From Planctomycetota bacterium (GTDB taxonomy: Bacteria; Planctomycetota; B15-G4; JADJEK01): a DNA stretch of 64,000 nucleotides. Within the stretch, counting starts at the first letter, position 1; the number at the start of each line of letters is the position of its first letter. Below the pieces are notes generated by a model that had not been told where the DNA came from, searched no databases, and was given only the letters and a program-made list of their open reading frames with translations. The DNA is taken from NCBI GenBank assembly GCA_044225365.1, contig JBGAIQ010000008.1, positions 32,001 to 96,000 of the forward strand, written 5' to 3'. Both the position numbers and the translations under genes were made by a program. Of the stretch, positions 7,622-17,640 are shown in pieces.

Positions 7622-10408
7622 TCAGTCCTTCGCGGCGTTCCGCGCGAGGAGGCGCGACAGCATGGAGAGGCATCGCCTTCCGGACGCGACCTTGACCGAG
7701 GTGATGGGATTCCGACGGTAGCGCCCTAGCCGCTCGAGATGCATGTCGACGAGCGCGTCGTCGAGTCCATCGAGCACCGAATACCCCGGCTCGCCCGCGT
7801 GCAGTCGCCGCAGGAGCCTCAGGAAACCCACGCGCTTCCAGTCTTCCATGCGAGCGGTCACGGACCGCTTCGGATCGAGGATGCGCATGAGGCTCGCTTC
7901 ACGAGGATCGAGCCGCATCTCGACGTCCTCGACGCGCACGCCGACGCAATGCTCGCCATCGAGGATGGGCTCGAGGAGTGCGCGCTCGCCCTTTCCGTCG
8001 ATCGTCGTCCTGTCCTCGGCTCGGTCGCTCACGAATCGGGCTTTCGATCCGTGGGAGGCGAACTCGACCTGGATCGATCCGACGGCGTAGTCGCGCGGCT
8101 CCCCCACGACGACGAACCGCCCATCCTCGAACTCGTAGCGCCGGGTCACAGTGCCTTCGATCGCGTCCTTCCCGTCGGACCCGTCGCGACGGCTCGCGCG
8201 AGCGGCGACCAGTTCGTTCGTGCCGAGGATCGCGCGCGCCATCGCCACGCTGTGATACTTGTACGCCGACCGGAAGAACGATGCGCTGCGCACCGGACCC
8301 AAGGCACGGCGTCGGGCGAATTCGAAGACGGCGTCGTACCACGGCAGCGTGATGCAATCCTCCGGCACGCTCGCGCTCCCGAAGCGATCGATGAGGTCGA
8401 GGTACCGCACGTGCTTCCACAGGAGGACCGGCGTATCGATGAGGAGCGCCTTCTTCCCGACATCGAATCGCGTGAGAGCGGTGAGAACGCTCGGAACCGC
8501 GCCTTTCCCCACCGCCACGTAGAACAGGTCGGTGTCCTCGACGTCGGATGCTTCGAGATCGAGCAAACGCTTCGTCTCGAAGAAATGACCGTCGACCTCG
8601 ATCGGACGCTCGCTCCGCCCGAGCACGGCGCGGATCTCGTAGTGCTCCGCCGCGGCGAGGAACGCCGGGATCGCCGTTTCGACGACTCGTTTGCCGGCAC
8701 CGACGATCGTCACTCTCGTTTTCTTCGACGCGCTCGATTCCGTCGCCACGGCGGCGGACGGCTCTCGCCGTGGCTGCGCTGCGATTCCGAACACATCGCT
8801 CTTCAGATGATCGGCGAGACGGATGGACAGCGCGACGATCGTGAACGTGGGATTCGCGCAGCCGCTCGTGGGGAACACGGACCCGCCGGCGAGGAACACG
8901 TTCTGCACGCCGTGGACACGGCAGTTCGGATCGACCACCGAGGTCTTGGGATCGCGACCCATGCGGGTAGTCCCGAGATGGTGCGAGGCGTCCTGATCGA
9001 TCGGCCATTGCGGTTCCGTCTCGAGATCGCCATCGAGCGAACCCACTCCGGTGCGGACGAATTCGTCGCGCAGCACGCGATGGAGTTCGATCAACGAACG
9101 CTTGTCCTGCTCGCTCACCTGGTGGCGGACGAGCGGCAACGGATTCCCGAATCGATCGCGCTCGTTCGCGCCGCTCGCGAGCAGGACCCGATTCTCCGGC
9201 CGCGGCTCCATCTCCATGAAGTTGCGCAGTCGCACGCGTTTCACGCGCGGCTTGCTGCGCGCGACGACTCGATACCACAGGTACCACAGCACCGATCGCA
9301 GATCGAAGAGGATCACGAACGGCAGCGAGAGCCACGCGAGCGCGCTCTTCTTCTCGTTCTGCAGCGCCGAATCGTCGCCCGTTTCGGAATAGTCGCGCAG
9401 TTCGACGAGCCCTTTGCGCTGCATCCGGTCCTTCCAGTTGCGGAAGAAGAACGCGCTGCGCAGCGGCTCGAAACGCACGTACGAGTTGAGGACTCGTCGA
9501 GATCGCTGCTCGGGCTCGGAGAGCCGCAAGCCGGCATATCCCGCGTAACCCTCGGTCATGCACCCGAAGAAGTACGGCAGGGAGTCGACTGGGTCCTTCA
9601 GAGTGAGGATGCCGTAGTAGTTCTTCGGATGGTTCATCAGGTAGCGGCCAACCTGATCGTGCGCGTTGCCGAGACCATCGTCCCCGAAGTCCTTCGAGAG
9701 CAGGAGGAGCCGCGCGTTCTCGATGCCGCCGGTCGCAAGCACGAAGACCCGTCCGCGAATCTCGCGGCTTTCACCCCCCTGCGATACGACGCGCACGGAA
9801 TGCGCCCGCGACGCATCTCCCGCGACCTTCGTGATCGAGGTCACCGTGGTGACGAGATGGAGATCGACGTCCGGTCGGTCGTAGAGTGCCCGCTGCTCGC
9901 GTCCGAAATCCTGAGGATCGGAACACGCGAGGAAGACCTTCTCGTCGAGGCCACGCCAATCCGGTGCGATCCGACTCGCGGCCCGCAACGTCGCGAATCC
10001 CATCGGTCCGAAGCGGGAGAGCGCCGCGAATCGATAGCGCCTCGCCCGCTCGTAGTACGGCAGCAGCGCGTCGCGTGGAATCGGCCATCCCGAGTTGGGG
10101 ACGAACTCGCGCACTTCCATGTCGATCGGATCGAGCGGACTCGAGAGCCCGGCCCACGTCGTCGACGCCCCGCCCACGACCCGCTCCCGCGAGTAGTCCT
10201 TGATGGCGATCCCCTCGGAGATCACGCGCTTCAGCGCATCGGCGTCCTTCGTCGTCTCGAAATCGCCGCTCTCGACGACCGCGATCCGAAGACCGGACGA
10301 CGCGAGTTCACGCGCCACGGTCGCGCCCGCAGGCCCGGATCCGATGACGACCACGTCGTACTCGAAAGGCACGCTCGTGCCGTCGCTCTTGGAATCGAAG
10401 ACGACCAA
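7622..10408 (-). CDS. GMC-family FAD oxidoreductase fused to a C-terminal Rossmann (Gfo/Idh/MocA-like) domain
   Basis: DVVVIGSGPAG, VGGASTTWAG, LATGGIENARLLL, VGRYLMNHP, HHLGTTRM, GSVFPTSGCANPTFTI; second dinucleotide motif VTIVGAGKRV. Start uncertain. Confidence 0.85.
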   Translation of the reverse strand: MVVFDSKSDGTSVPFEYDVVVIGSGPAGATVARELASSGLRIAVVESGDFETTKDADALKRVISEGIAIKDYSRERVVGGASTTWAGLSSPLDPIDMEVREFVPNSGWPIPRDALLPYYERARRYRFAALSRFGPMGFATLRAASRIAPDWRGLDEKVFLACSDPQDFGREQRALYDRPDVDLHLVTTVTSITKVAGDASRAHSVRVVSQGGESREIRGRVFVLATGGIENARLLLLSKDFGDDGLGNAHDQVGRYLMNHPKNYYGILTLKDPVDSLPYFFGCMTEGYAGYAGLRLSEPEQRSRRVLNSYVRFEPLRSAFFFRNWKDRMQRKGLVELRDYSETGDDSALQNEKKSALAWLSLPFVILFDLRSVLWYLWYRVVARSKPRVKRVRLRNFMEMEPRPENRVLLASGANERDRFGNPLPLVRHQVSEQDKRSLIELHRVLRDEFVRTGVGSLDGDLETEPQWPIDQDASHHLGTTRMGRDPKTSVVDPNCRVHGVQNVFLAGGSVFPTSGCANPTFTIVALSIRLADHLKSDVFGIAAQPRREPSAAVATESSASKKTRVTIVGAGKRVVETAIPAFLAAAEHYEIRAVLGRSERPIEVDGHFFETKRLLDLEASDVEDTDLFYVAVGKGAVPSVLTALTRFDVGKKALLIDTPVLLWKHVRYLDLIDRFGSASVPEDCITLPWYDAVFEFARRRALGPVRSASFFRSAYKYHSVAMARAILGTNELVAARASRRDGSDGKDAIEGTVTRRYEFEDGRFVVVGEPRDYAVGSIQVEFASHGSKARFVSDRAEDRTTIDGKGERALLEPILDGEHCVGVRVEDVEMRLDPREASLMRILDPKRSVTARMEDWKRVGFLRLLRRLHAGEPGYSVLDGLDDALVDMHLERLGRYRRNPITSVKVASGRRCLSMLSRLLARNAAKD

Positions 10409-10420
10409 ATCGCCGATCCG

Positions 10421-10774
10421 TCAGTTCGGGGAACGAAACACGAAGTACACCGCCCCGAAGATGCAGAGCGACGCCCACAGATAATCGAGCTTCAGGGGCT
10501 GTTTCATGTAGAGCACTGCGAAGGGAATGAACACCGTCAACGTGATCGCTTCTTGCAGGATCTTGAGCTGGGAGATGCTGAAGTTGGTCGCCCCGATCCG
10601 ATTCGCCGGAACCTGGATCATGTACTCGAAGAACGCGATCCCCCACGAGACGAGTGCGGCGACGATCCACGGCTTCGTCCGCAGGTCCTTCAGGTGCGCA
10701 TACCACGCAAACGTCATGAAGACGTTCGACAGGACGAGGAGGCCCGCGGTCTGGAGCAGGATCTTGAAGTTCAT
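10421..10774 (-). CDS. DMT-superfamily small membrane protein (DUF486 type)
   Basis: LSNVFMTFAWYAHLK, SWGIAFFEY..QVPANRIG, QLKILQEAITL. Confidence 0.9.
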   Translation of the reverse strand: MNFKILLQTAGLLVLSNVFMTFAWYAHLKDLRTKPWIVAALVSWGIAFFEYMIQVPANRIGATNFSISQLKILQEAITLTVFIPFAVLYMKQPLKLDYLWASLCIFGAVYFVFRSPN

Positions 10775-10877
10775 TTCGCACGCTTCTCGCCGCCCATGCG
10801 CGCCTCGAATCCGTGAGGGAACGCAGGGTCTTCGAGCACGATAGCGAGAACGCGTCTCGTCCCGAAGAGCGACGTCG

Positions 10878-13202
10878 TCACGGCATCCGGCGACGCGCTC
10901 GCGTGTCCGCGATCGATCGCCAGGCGACGAGAGCGCGCGCCGCATCGTTCGCGGACAGCGGCATCGATTTCAACCGGGAGCAGGCGAGGGCGGTCTCGCG
11001 ATCGAAGAGATCGAGGAGTCCGTCCTGCCGCAGTGCGAGGGCTGCGCGTCCGATCCCCGCGGCGATCATCAACCGATCGACCGGATCGGCGACGCCATTC
11101 CGTTCCACGACGACCTCCCCGTCCCGATCGTAGGCCACTTTGGCGGCGAACTCCCCGTTCTCGTACCGCGCATCGGTGAGCAGGTACGCAAGGGCGTCCT
11201 GCATGCCGATTCGCGCCGCTCCCCCGCCCGGGCCCTCACTCTCCCGGTAGAGCGCTTCGAAAGTGATGCCCGCGGTCACCCAAGGGCTCGCGACGTAGGA
11301 CCCGGCACCGTCGTCCCGCACGTCACGGCGATCGATCTTGAACACACCGCGCGGACTCTGCGTCGCGAGGAGGTCCTTCACGAGATGCTCTCGTGCCGCA
11401 CGATGCGGTTCCGATCCGAAACGCAGGGCAAGGTCGGAGAGGGCGACGAGGAACCAGGCGTAGTCCCGTTCGTGCGTGAAGAGACTCGCCTCGCGCGCGA
11501 CGGCGAGCAGACCCGCGTCGAATCGCTCCACGGTCGAATCGAGATCGAGATCGTTCGCGAGCAGCGAGCCGAGCGCGAGCCCACCCGCGAAGACGTGGCC
11601 CGGCTCGAATTCGTAGGTGCGATGGTCGTCGCCGTGGAGGTAGGGCACGCCATCGGGCAGTCCGCCGTCGCCCGTCCCGGCGTCGGCGACATCGCATGCG
11701 ATGAAGTGCCGCAGCATGTCCGCTCCGACGATCGCGTGTCGGGCGTCTCCGCGATCGGACAAGCTCTCGAGCTGGAACGCGAGCTGCGGGTCGTACTCGA
11801 GATTCGCGAAACCGCGGCCGAGCCGATAGTCGCCGTAGTCGCGATGTCCGTGCATTCGCAGGACCGCGGAATCGACGCATTGCAGCAGCTTGGGGAGGGG
11901 ATCGGACCCATCGCGCTCGGCCGGCGCGAGACACGTCCAATGCGGGAGCGCTTCCGTGAGGATCGCGGCGTCGCCGGTGCGGAGCGCGGGCAGGGGCTCG
12001 CGAACCAGGCTGGCGCGACCCTCCGAACGTTCGTTCGAGAAGAAGAAGCCGAGCGACGCATCGAGCACGAGAGGCGCCGCTTCACTGACATACGCCTCGC
12101 TGCGCAGGATCGCGAAGCGCAGGCAGCCGTTCCCCCGCACACCGATTCCGCGCGGGTCGAGCGGCCGCAGGCGCGACGCGACTGCCGCGACTTCGAGTCG
12201 CGACACGTCGAAGGCGACGCCGCACCGCGCCGTCGAGTCGAGGGTCGTCTCCGCGGCGTCCTTGCCCTCACGAGCTCCGACCACGCGCTGACCGTCGAGC
12301 GCCAAGGCTTCGATCCCGTCGCTCGCTCCGAGGATCGCCTCCTTCGTATCTCCGGGCACGAATCTCGCGTGCAGCGGCGACGTTGCGGCGAACGGGATCT
12401 CGAAGGCGATGTCGCTGAATCGCGCGAGCGCCGTCGGGGTGATCTTGATCCGCAGATCGATGACGGGAACCCCCGCTCGTAACGTGAAGCGCAGGCGGTA
12501 GGCGAGCGCGCCCGGAGATAGCAGACCCGCGACGTCGACGACGGCCCGCAACGGCGTCCTCTGGACGACCTTCACCGAACGCGGCGAGGCGTCGGACGTC
12601 GACTCCCCATGCAGGCCGTGGGCGAGGACCCTCACATGCGCACTCTCCGCCCCTGCCCCCGCGCTGGCTCGCCGGAGGACGACGCCGTCCCGCACGATCG
12701 AACCCAAGAGATCGACTCCCTGTCGCGGGAAGTCGATCGAAATACCCGCGGTCTCCACCCGGACCGCCGATTCGCCGTCGCGCACGTCGAGGCGTGCGAG
12801 CGGATCCCGGGGTGTGCCTTCGACGAGTCGGAGGAGGGCGCCTCGGCCGGCGAGCTCCCGAGGAAGCTGCGCATCGATCCGCAGGGCCCGCGCGCTCCCG
12901 TCGTCGTAGAGCCCCACTCCCTCGCAATCACTGACGAGGACCGCCCCCGCCATCGTCTGCAAGCGGAACTCCTGCCCGGGCTTCACGGCGCCCCGGCGCA
13001 CGAAGCACACGCCGGAGGCGAAGCCCCCGCACACCGCGGGTGTCGAGCGATGCGACGGATCCGCGTCGAGACGCACGAGAGCGGATTCGGTCGCTTTCGC
13101 CAGCGATGGATGCGGCCCCAACCCCAAGGGGAGCACGAGGGCGAGGCCGAGGAGGACAGAACGGACGCCGAGTCGAGGGATTCGGATTCGAAGGATCTTC
13201 AT
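10878..13202 (-). CDS. Secreted hypothetical protein, possibly YetA/exo-rhamnogalacturonan-lyase-like (beta domains + alpha/alpha barrel)
   Basis: Signal peptide; SGVCF..GAV resembles the GVPFPxG start of this family; G.RDYGD..NLEYD; helical C-half. Family assignment is tentative. Confidence 0.6.
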   Translation of the reverse strand: MKILRIRIPRLGVRSVLLGLALVLPLGLGPHPSLAKATESALVRLDADPSHRSTPAVCGGFASGVCFVRRGAVKPGQEFRLQTMAGAVLVSDCEGVGLYDDGSARALRIDAQLPRELAGRGALLRLVEGTPRDPLARLDVRDGESAVRVETAGISIDFPRQGVDLLGSIVRDGVVLRRASAGAGAESAHVRVLAHGLHGESTSDASPRSVKVVQRTPLRAVVDVAGLLSPGALAYRLRFTLRAGVPVIDLRIKITPTALARFSDIAFEIPFAATSPLHARFVPGDTKEAILGASDGIEALALDGQRVVGAREGKDAAETTLDSTARCGVAFDVSRLEVAAVASRLRPLDPRGIGVRGNGCLRFAILRSEAYVSEAAPLVLDASLGFFFSNERSEGRASLVREPLPALRTGDAAILTEALPHWTCLAPAERDGSDPLPKLLQCVDSAVLRMHGHRDYGDYRLGRGFANLEYDPQLAFQLESLSDRGDARHAIVGADMLRHFIACDVADAGTGDGGLPDGVPYLHGDDHRTYEFEPGHVFAGGLALGSLLANDLDLDSTVERFDAGLLAVAREASLFTHERDYAWFLVALSDLALRFGSEPHRAAREHLVKDLLATQSPRGVFKIDRRDVRDDGAGSYVASPWVTAGITFEALYRESEGPGGGAARIGMQDALAYLLTDARYENGEFAAKVAYDRDGEVVVERNGVADPVDRLMIAAGIGRAALALRQDGLLDLFDRETALACSRLKSMPLSANDAARALVAWRSIADTRARRRMP

Positions 13203-13427
13203 GCCGCATGAACGCGCCGGCGACTCTTGGGTGACAGGATTTCGGTTCGGCCACGATCGTGCCGATGCAAGGCTCACGACTCGCACGGCAACCCTGTTTG
13301 CAAGGCGCGGAACCTGCGGTAGACTCCTTCGAGGTCGTCGTGGCTGCCCTTGGCTCGTTCGCGGCCGCAACGAAACGAATCAGGAGTTCGCCGCACCGCG
13401 GCGACACGTCACTCGGAGAGACTCAAC

Positions 13428-13568
13428 ATGGCAAGCTTCTGGCGCTTCCTGATGGAGAACAAGGTCTGGTGGATCACCCCGACCGTTCTCGTCATCGTCC
13501 TGCTCGTCGCGCTCATCTTCTTCACGGGCGGCAACCAGATCGCGCCGTTCGTCTACAGCCTGTTCTGA
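13428..13568 (+). CDS. Small membrane protein, DUF5989 family
   Basis: GGAG RBS; FWRFLMENKVWWITP..IAPFVYSLF matches the family pattern. Confidence 0.85.
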   Translation: MASFWRFLMENKVWWITPTVLVIVLLVALIFFTGGNQIAPFVYSLF

Positions 13569-13612
13569 GCCCTGATCCGCGCAAACGGAGCGGGCGGGGC
13601 GAAGTGAGTTCC

Positions 13613-13765
13613 ATGGCCCAGAGCAAGACCCCGACCTACTTCACATTCCTCAGGCGCCATCCTCTGTGGTGGCTCCTGCCCCCGATCTTGCTGTACGGCG
13701 CCGTCCTCGCTCTCGTGTTCTTCGGAAGCAACGGTGGCATCGCCGGCTTCGTCTACAAGGTCTGA
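13613..13765 (+). CDS. Second, divergent DUF5989-like small membrane protein
   Basis: FTFLRRHPLWWLLP..TM..IAGFVYKV parallels the upstream gene. Confidence 0.65.
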   Translation: MAQSKTPTYFTFLRRHPLWWLLPPILLYGAVLALVFFGSNGGIAGFVYKV

Positions 13766-14438
13766 CGTCGACGCTCCGATCGCTTTCTTCGGCGGCTCGT
13801 TCAATCCGGTGCATCGCGGGCACCTCTACGTCGCACGGCGCGCACTCGCACACTTTCGATACGCGGCGATCCACTTCCTCCCTGCGCGCTGCCCACCGCA
13901 CAAGTCGCCAACGGACCTCCTCCCCGAAGAACTGCGACTCGAGCTCCTGCGACTCGCGACGCGTCGCGAGAAGCGGTTCGTCGTCGACGACTTCGAGATC
14001 CGCCACCCCGAATATCGGTACACCTTCGACACGCTGTGCGCGCTCGAGAAGATCCATCCGACCCGGATCCCGCTGCACTTCCTGATCGGGGGCGATTCGC
14101 TCCGCGATCTGCCGAAGTGGTATCGGTCGCGCGAACTCGTCGAGCGGTTCGTCTTCGTCACGGTTCCCCGCGATCCCGCGCTGACGATCGACGATCTGCT
14201 TGCGCCCGCACGCGCCGTATTCGATGCGGCGTCGGTCGCCCGGCTGCGGGCGAACGTGCTTCCGGTCTCGCCCTTCGTCGCGCAGTCGACGACGATCCGG
14301 GCGGGCCTCACGCGGGACGAAGTGCGGCGTCTGCTGCCGCGAGCCGTCGCATCACGGCTGGAAGAGCTTCAGCTCCTCCGGACGCGCGGCTCGGACCATG
14401 ACCGACCGGGCGTCGACGACCACCACGCCCGCGAATAG
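13734..14438 (+). CDS. nadD: Nicotinate-nucleotide adenylyltransferase
   Basis: FGGSFNPVHRGH (HxGH), PPHK, YTFDTL, FLIGGDSL..LPKW, STTIR. Confidence 0.9.
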   Translation: MASPASSTRSDVDAPIAFFGGSFNPVHRGHLYVARRALAHFRYAAIHFLPARCPPHKSPTDLLPEELRLELLRLATRREKRFVVDDFEIRHPEYRYTFDTLCALEKIHPTRIPLHFLIGGDSLRDLPKWYRSRELVERFVFVTVPRDPALTIDDLLAPARAVFDAASVARLRANVLPVSPFVAQSTTIRAGLTRDEVRRLLPRAVASRLEELQLLRTRGSDHDRPGVDDHHARE

Positions 14439-16034
14439 ATCGCCGAGGCGTTGGCGGCGTCGCGAGAGTGCCGCGAACAGCACGCCGATGAAACCCGTGA
14501 GCGGAAACAGGTCGACGAACAACATCACGTTTCGCGTCATCACGGCGCCGACCGATGGCGGATCGCCGTCGAGCGACATCACCTGCAGTTGGAACAGCTT
14601 CTTTCCGATGCTGCGACCGAAGACGCACTCGAAGAACGCGCTCACCATCGTCCCGACCAGGATGAAGATCATCACGGTCTCGAAGACGATCGCCTCGAGG
14701 ATCCTCGCGCCCGACGACAGCGGCTGCGTGAACGAGTCCTTCCCCCGCTCCAGCAATTCGAGCTCGGGCAGGTCGAGCGCGAGGCGCAGGACGATCCAGG
14801 TGAGCACGAGCGCCACGAGGCCATCGACGATGAACGCGAGCGCGCGACGCAGGAACGCGGCGGGACGATAGACGAACACTCGCTTCAGGATGGGCGGACG
14901 CCGCCCGACGAATCCGAAGAACATGTAGAGGAGCAGATGAGCGAGCAAGGGCCACTCGAATCGCCGATCGCGCGTATTCCAGGCCGCGAGGAGGAGCGGG
15001 ACGTCGGCGTCGCTCTCGTCGAGCGGGATTTCACGCGCGGAACGCGACGTGGCGACGAGCAGCGATGGGCGTTGATCGACGGCGATCTTCGGCATCACTC
15101 CGCATATGTGCTCGCCGCGCAGCAGTTCGATCGAGGTCGTTCGCGTCCATTCGAGACGCGGTGCATCGCCCGGGACGATGCTCACTCGGGCGATCTTCGC
15201 CCGCGGCGCCGAACCCGGTTCGGCCTCTTCCTGCACGGCGAGCAGGCCCATCGCCGAGCGCACGAAATAGGGTCGCCCACGCGGAGCGACGAGCGGGAGC
15301 GGCGCTGCGTAGCGGATCTGCGCCGGCGAATTCCCGGGCAGGAGTCCGAGGTACAGCGTCTTGTCGTCGCGCAGCGCCACGACGAAATGATCCGAGTCCT
15401 CGGCGAGGATCGCCGCGCGCGCCGGCCCGACGCGGCCCCCCATCCCTCCGAAGCCGCCGGGCTTGGTCAACGGTGAGATCGAGATCCCCACGCCATCGAA
15501 TTCCGCGAGCGAGATCTCGCCCGTTCGCTCGCTGCCGAGGATCAACATGCGGTAGTCGTTTCCGCTCGCGTCCTCCGGCAGGAACGACTTCGGGTACGGA
15601 ACGAACTGATCGATCTCGGCCACGCTTCCGAGCTCGCGGCCCGGCTCATGCACTCGATTGAGACCGCGCGCATCGAGGATGTAGATCCGTCGGACGAGCT
15701 CGGCCGCGGCGATCGCGTCGACTTCCAGGACGTCGCCCCCTCCCGGCAACCCATCGATCCCGAGGCCGACGAAGAAACACTCCGCGGCGGACGCGGGCGC
15801 GGCGACTTCGCTGTCGTCCCCGGCCTCTCCCGGCGGGCGGCCGGAAACCGCCGAGTGGAAGGGCGCGCTCGGATCGCTCGCGCTGAGGATCGCCACGCCA
15901 CCGCTGTTCGGCACCGGGCGAGTCCGCTCGACCGGCAAGACCGTGGCCGGCGGTGCAGGTGCATTCAGGGTCCCGTACGCGAGCACGAAGAAGTCGGCCG
16001 CGAACAGGATCAGGATCAGCGCGTTCTTGGAAAT
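14352..16034 (-). CDS. Membrane protein with a large extracytoplasmic domain and a C-terminal RDD domain
   Basis: RRALAFIVD, GRSIGKKLFQLQV, RN..LFVD, QRLGDLFAGVVVV. First canonical start is GTG 15986; an in-frame ATT at 16034 follows GAGGA. Confidence 0.8.
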   Translation of the reverse strand: MSKNALILILFAADFFVLAYGTLNAPAPPATVLPVERTRPVPNSGGVAILSASDPSAPFHSAVSGRPPGEAGDDSEVAAPASAAECFFVGLGIDGLPGGGDVLEVDAIAAAELVRRIYILDARGLNRVHEPGRELGSVAEIDQFVPYPKSFLPEDASGNDYRMLILGSERTGEISLAEFDGVGISISPLTKPGGFGGMGGRVGPARAAILAEDSDHFVVALRDDKTLYLGLLPGNSPAQIRYAAPLPLVAPRGRPYFVRSAMGLLAVQEEAEPGSAPRAKIARVSIVPGDAPRLEWTRTTSIELLRGEHICGVMPKIAVDQRPSLLVATSRSAREIPLDESDADVPLLLAAWNTRDRRFEWPLLAHLLLYMFFGFVGRRPPILKRVFVYRPAAFLRRALAFIVDGLVALVLTWIVLRLALDLPELELLERGKDSFTQPLSSGARILEAIVFETVMIFILVGTMVSAFFECVFGRSIGKKLFQLQVMSLDGDPPSVGAVMTRNVMLFVDLFPLTGFIGVLFAALSRRRQRLGDLFAGVVVVDARSVMVRAARPEELKLFQP

Positions 16035-16059
16035 GTCGGTCCTCGATCGGGCGAGCGGT

Positions 16060-17640
16060 TCACTTGCCGAAGTAGAGACCGGCGCGCTCGTCGACGGTGG
16101 GCTTCGGCGAGGGCTGGATGCCGTACTTCTCGAGGAGGATGCCCTGCGCCGCGAGCAGCCCCGCCTTCGCCACTTCGTAGCCGAAGAGAGCGCGCGTCTC
16201 CGCGTCGATCGCGGTGCGGAACGAGGCCTGCGCGTCGCGCACGTCGAAGGTCGTCGCGTTGCCGACGTTCTTGCGCGCGAGCTGCTGCGCGAAACGCTGG
16301 CCGGCGAGCTGGACGGCCTCGTGAGCTGCCTCGATCTCCTGCCGACTGTTCGTCACTTCGCGGACGCCGCTGCGCACGTCCTGGATCACCTGATCCTCGG
16401 CGTTCTTGTAGTCGATGAGCGCCTGGATCTTCTGCAGCCGAGCGATCGCGAGGTTGTAGCGCGCCGTCCGGTTGCCGATCGGCACCTCGAGCGAGATGCC
16501 CGCCGCAAACGAGTTGTAATCGTCGCGGAACCCGAGCACCTCGTGATCCTCGCCCGTGAGACGATTGAAGCGGAACGAAGCGGTGAGATCGAGCTGCGGC
16601 AAGAGTCCGTTCTCGGCGACGACGACCGAGATGTCGTTGTTCTTGAGCAGTTCGCGCCGCTGGATCAACTCGGGACGGCGCTCCAGCGCCACGAGAGCGG
16701 CATCGCGCCATGCCGGCGGATCGATGAAATCCGCGGACACCTCGGTGAGCGGGACGAGCTTCACCGCCCACATCTCACGATCCTGGAAGTCGAAGATGAG
16801 CCGCTTCAACGCGTCCGCGGAGCGGCCGATTTCGTTCTTCGCGACACTCAGGTCGGACAACCGCTGCGCGAGCTCACTCTTGGCCTCGAGCACGTCGATG
16901 TTCGTCATCGATCCGGCCTTGGCCTTCTTGGTGTTGATCTCGACCAGCGCGTTGCTCTGTTCGACCAGCAATTGGCGCGTCTGGAAATCGCGCAGTGAGA
17001 AGTAGTGGTTCCAGTAGGCGACGACCGTCTCGTTCGCGCGCAGCAGGCGGCTCTCCTCGAGCCCGGCCGCCGTCGCCTGCAGACTGTTGCGCGCCGAGAG
17101 CAGGCGCGACTTCGTCACCGTCGTCCCGGCGCCCCGAAGCAAGGGCTGCGTGATCGACGCGCCAACGTCGCTGCGATAGCTCGGATCGAGCGAGAGCGGC
17201 CCCGGGTTCGGCCTGATGGTGTGGGAGCGGTTGATGTTGAGGTCGACCGAGTAGGTCGCGCCATTCACCAAGGTGCCGCGAAAGCCCGTGCTCGCGCTCC
17301 AGTCGTCGCTGACGATCGGCTGGATGTCGAGCCGCGATTTCCCCGGGGTGATCGTGCCGTCGGGATTCAGCGTGCCGGGGCTCGTGAGCACCTGGACGCT
17401 CGGGCTGTGGTCGCGCTGATAGTTCGCCGACAGGAAGAAGATCGTGTCGAAGGCGCCCATCTCGCGACCGACGTTGCCCTTCGCGATCTGCACGTCGATC
17501 TCGCCGCTGCGCAGCACGAGCGCGTTCTGCTCGGCGAGTTGGATGCACTGTTCGAGCGTGATCGGCATGATCCGCTCGTTGCCGTCGGTCGTGTCGTCTT
17601 GCAGCAATGCAAGCGCCACCATGATCGCCTGGACGCTCAT
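16060..17640 (-). CDS. TolC/outer-membrane efflux family protein
   Basis: ITLEQCIQLAEQN, ITQPLLRGAG, ALERRPEL, LLPQLDL, LEVPIGNR, two-repeat OEP pattern. Confidence 0.9.
   Translation of the reverse strand: MSVQAIMVALALLQDDTTDGNERIMPITLEQCIQLAEQNALVLRSGEIDVQIAKGNVGREMGAFDTIFFLSANYQRDHSPSVQVLTSPGTLNPDGTITPGKSRLDIQPIVSDDWSASTGFRGTLVNGATYSVDLNINRSHTIRPNPGPLSLDPSYRSDVGASITQPLLRGAGTTVTKSRLLSARNSLQATAAGLEESRLLRANETVVAYWNHYFSLRDFQTRQLLVEQSNALVEINTKKAKAGSMTNIDVLEAKSELAQRLSDLSVAKNEIGRSADALKRLIFDFQDREMWAVKLVPLTEVSADFIDPPAWRDAALVALERRPELIQRRELLKNNDISVVVAENGLLPQLDLTASFRFNRLTGEDHEVLGFRDDYNSFAAGISLEVPIGNRTARYNLAIARLQKIQALIDYKNAEDQVIQDVRSGVREVTNSRQEIEAAHEAVQLAGQRFAQQLARKNVGNATTFDVRDAQASFRTAIDAETRALFGYEVAKAGLLAAQGILLEKYGIQPSPKPTVDERAGLYFGK

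Noticed and set aside
13286-13302. sigma54-like CGGCAACCCTGTTTGCA upstream of the DUF5989 genes
   Set aside because: Spacing is GG-N11-GC; sigma54 requires N10.
14352-14438. 87-nt convergent 3' overlap of nadD and the RDD gene (also 14 nt at 44148-44161)
   Set aside because: Tail overlaps from stop-codon drift are common in GC-rich genomes, and the nadD tail looks non-conserved.
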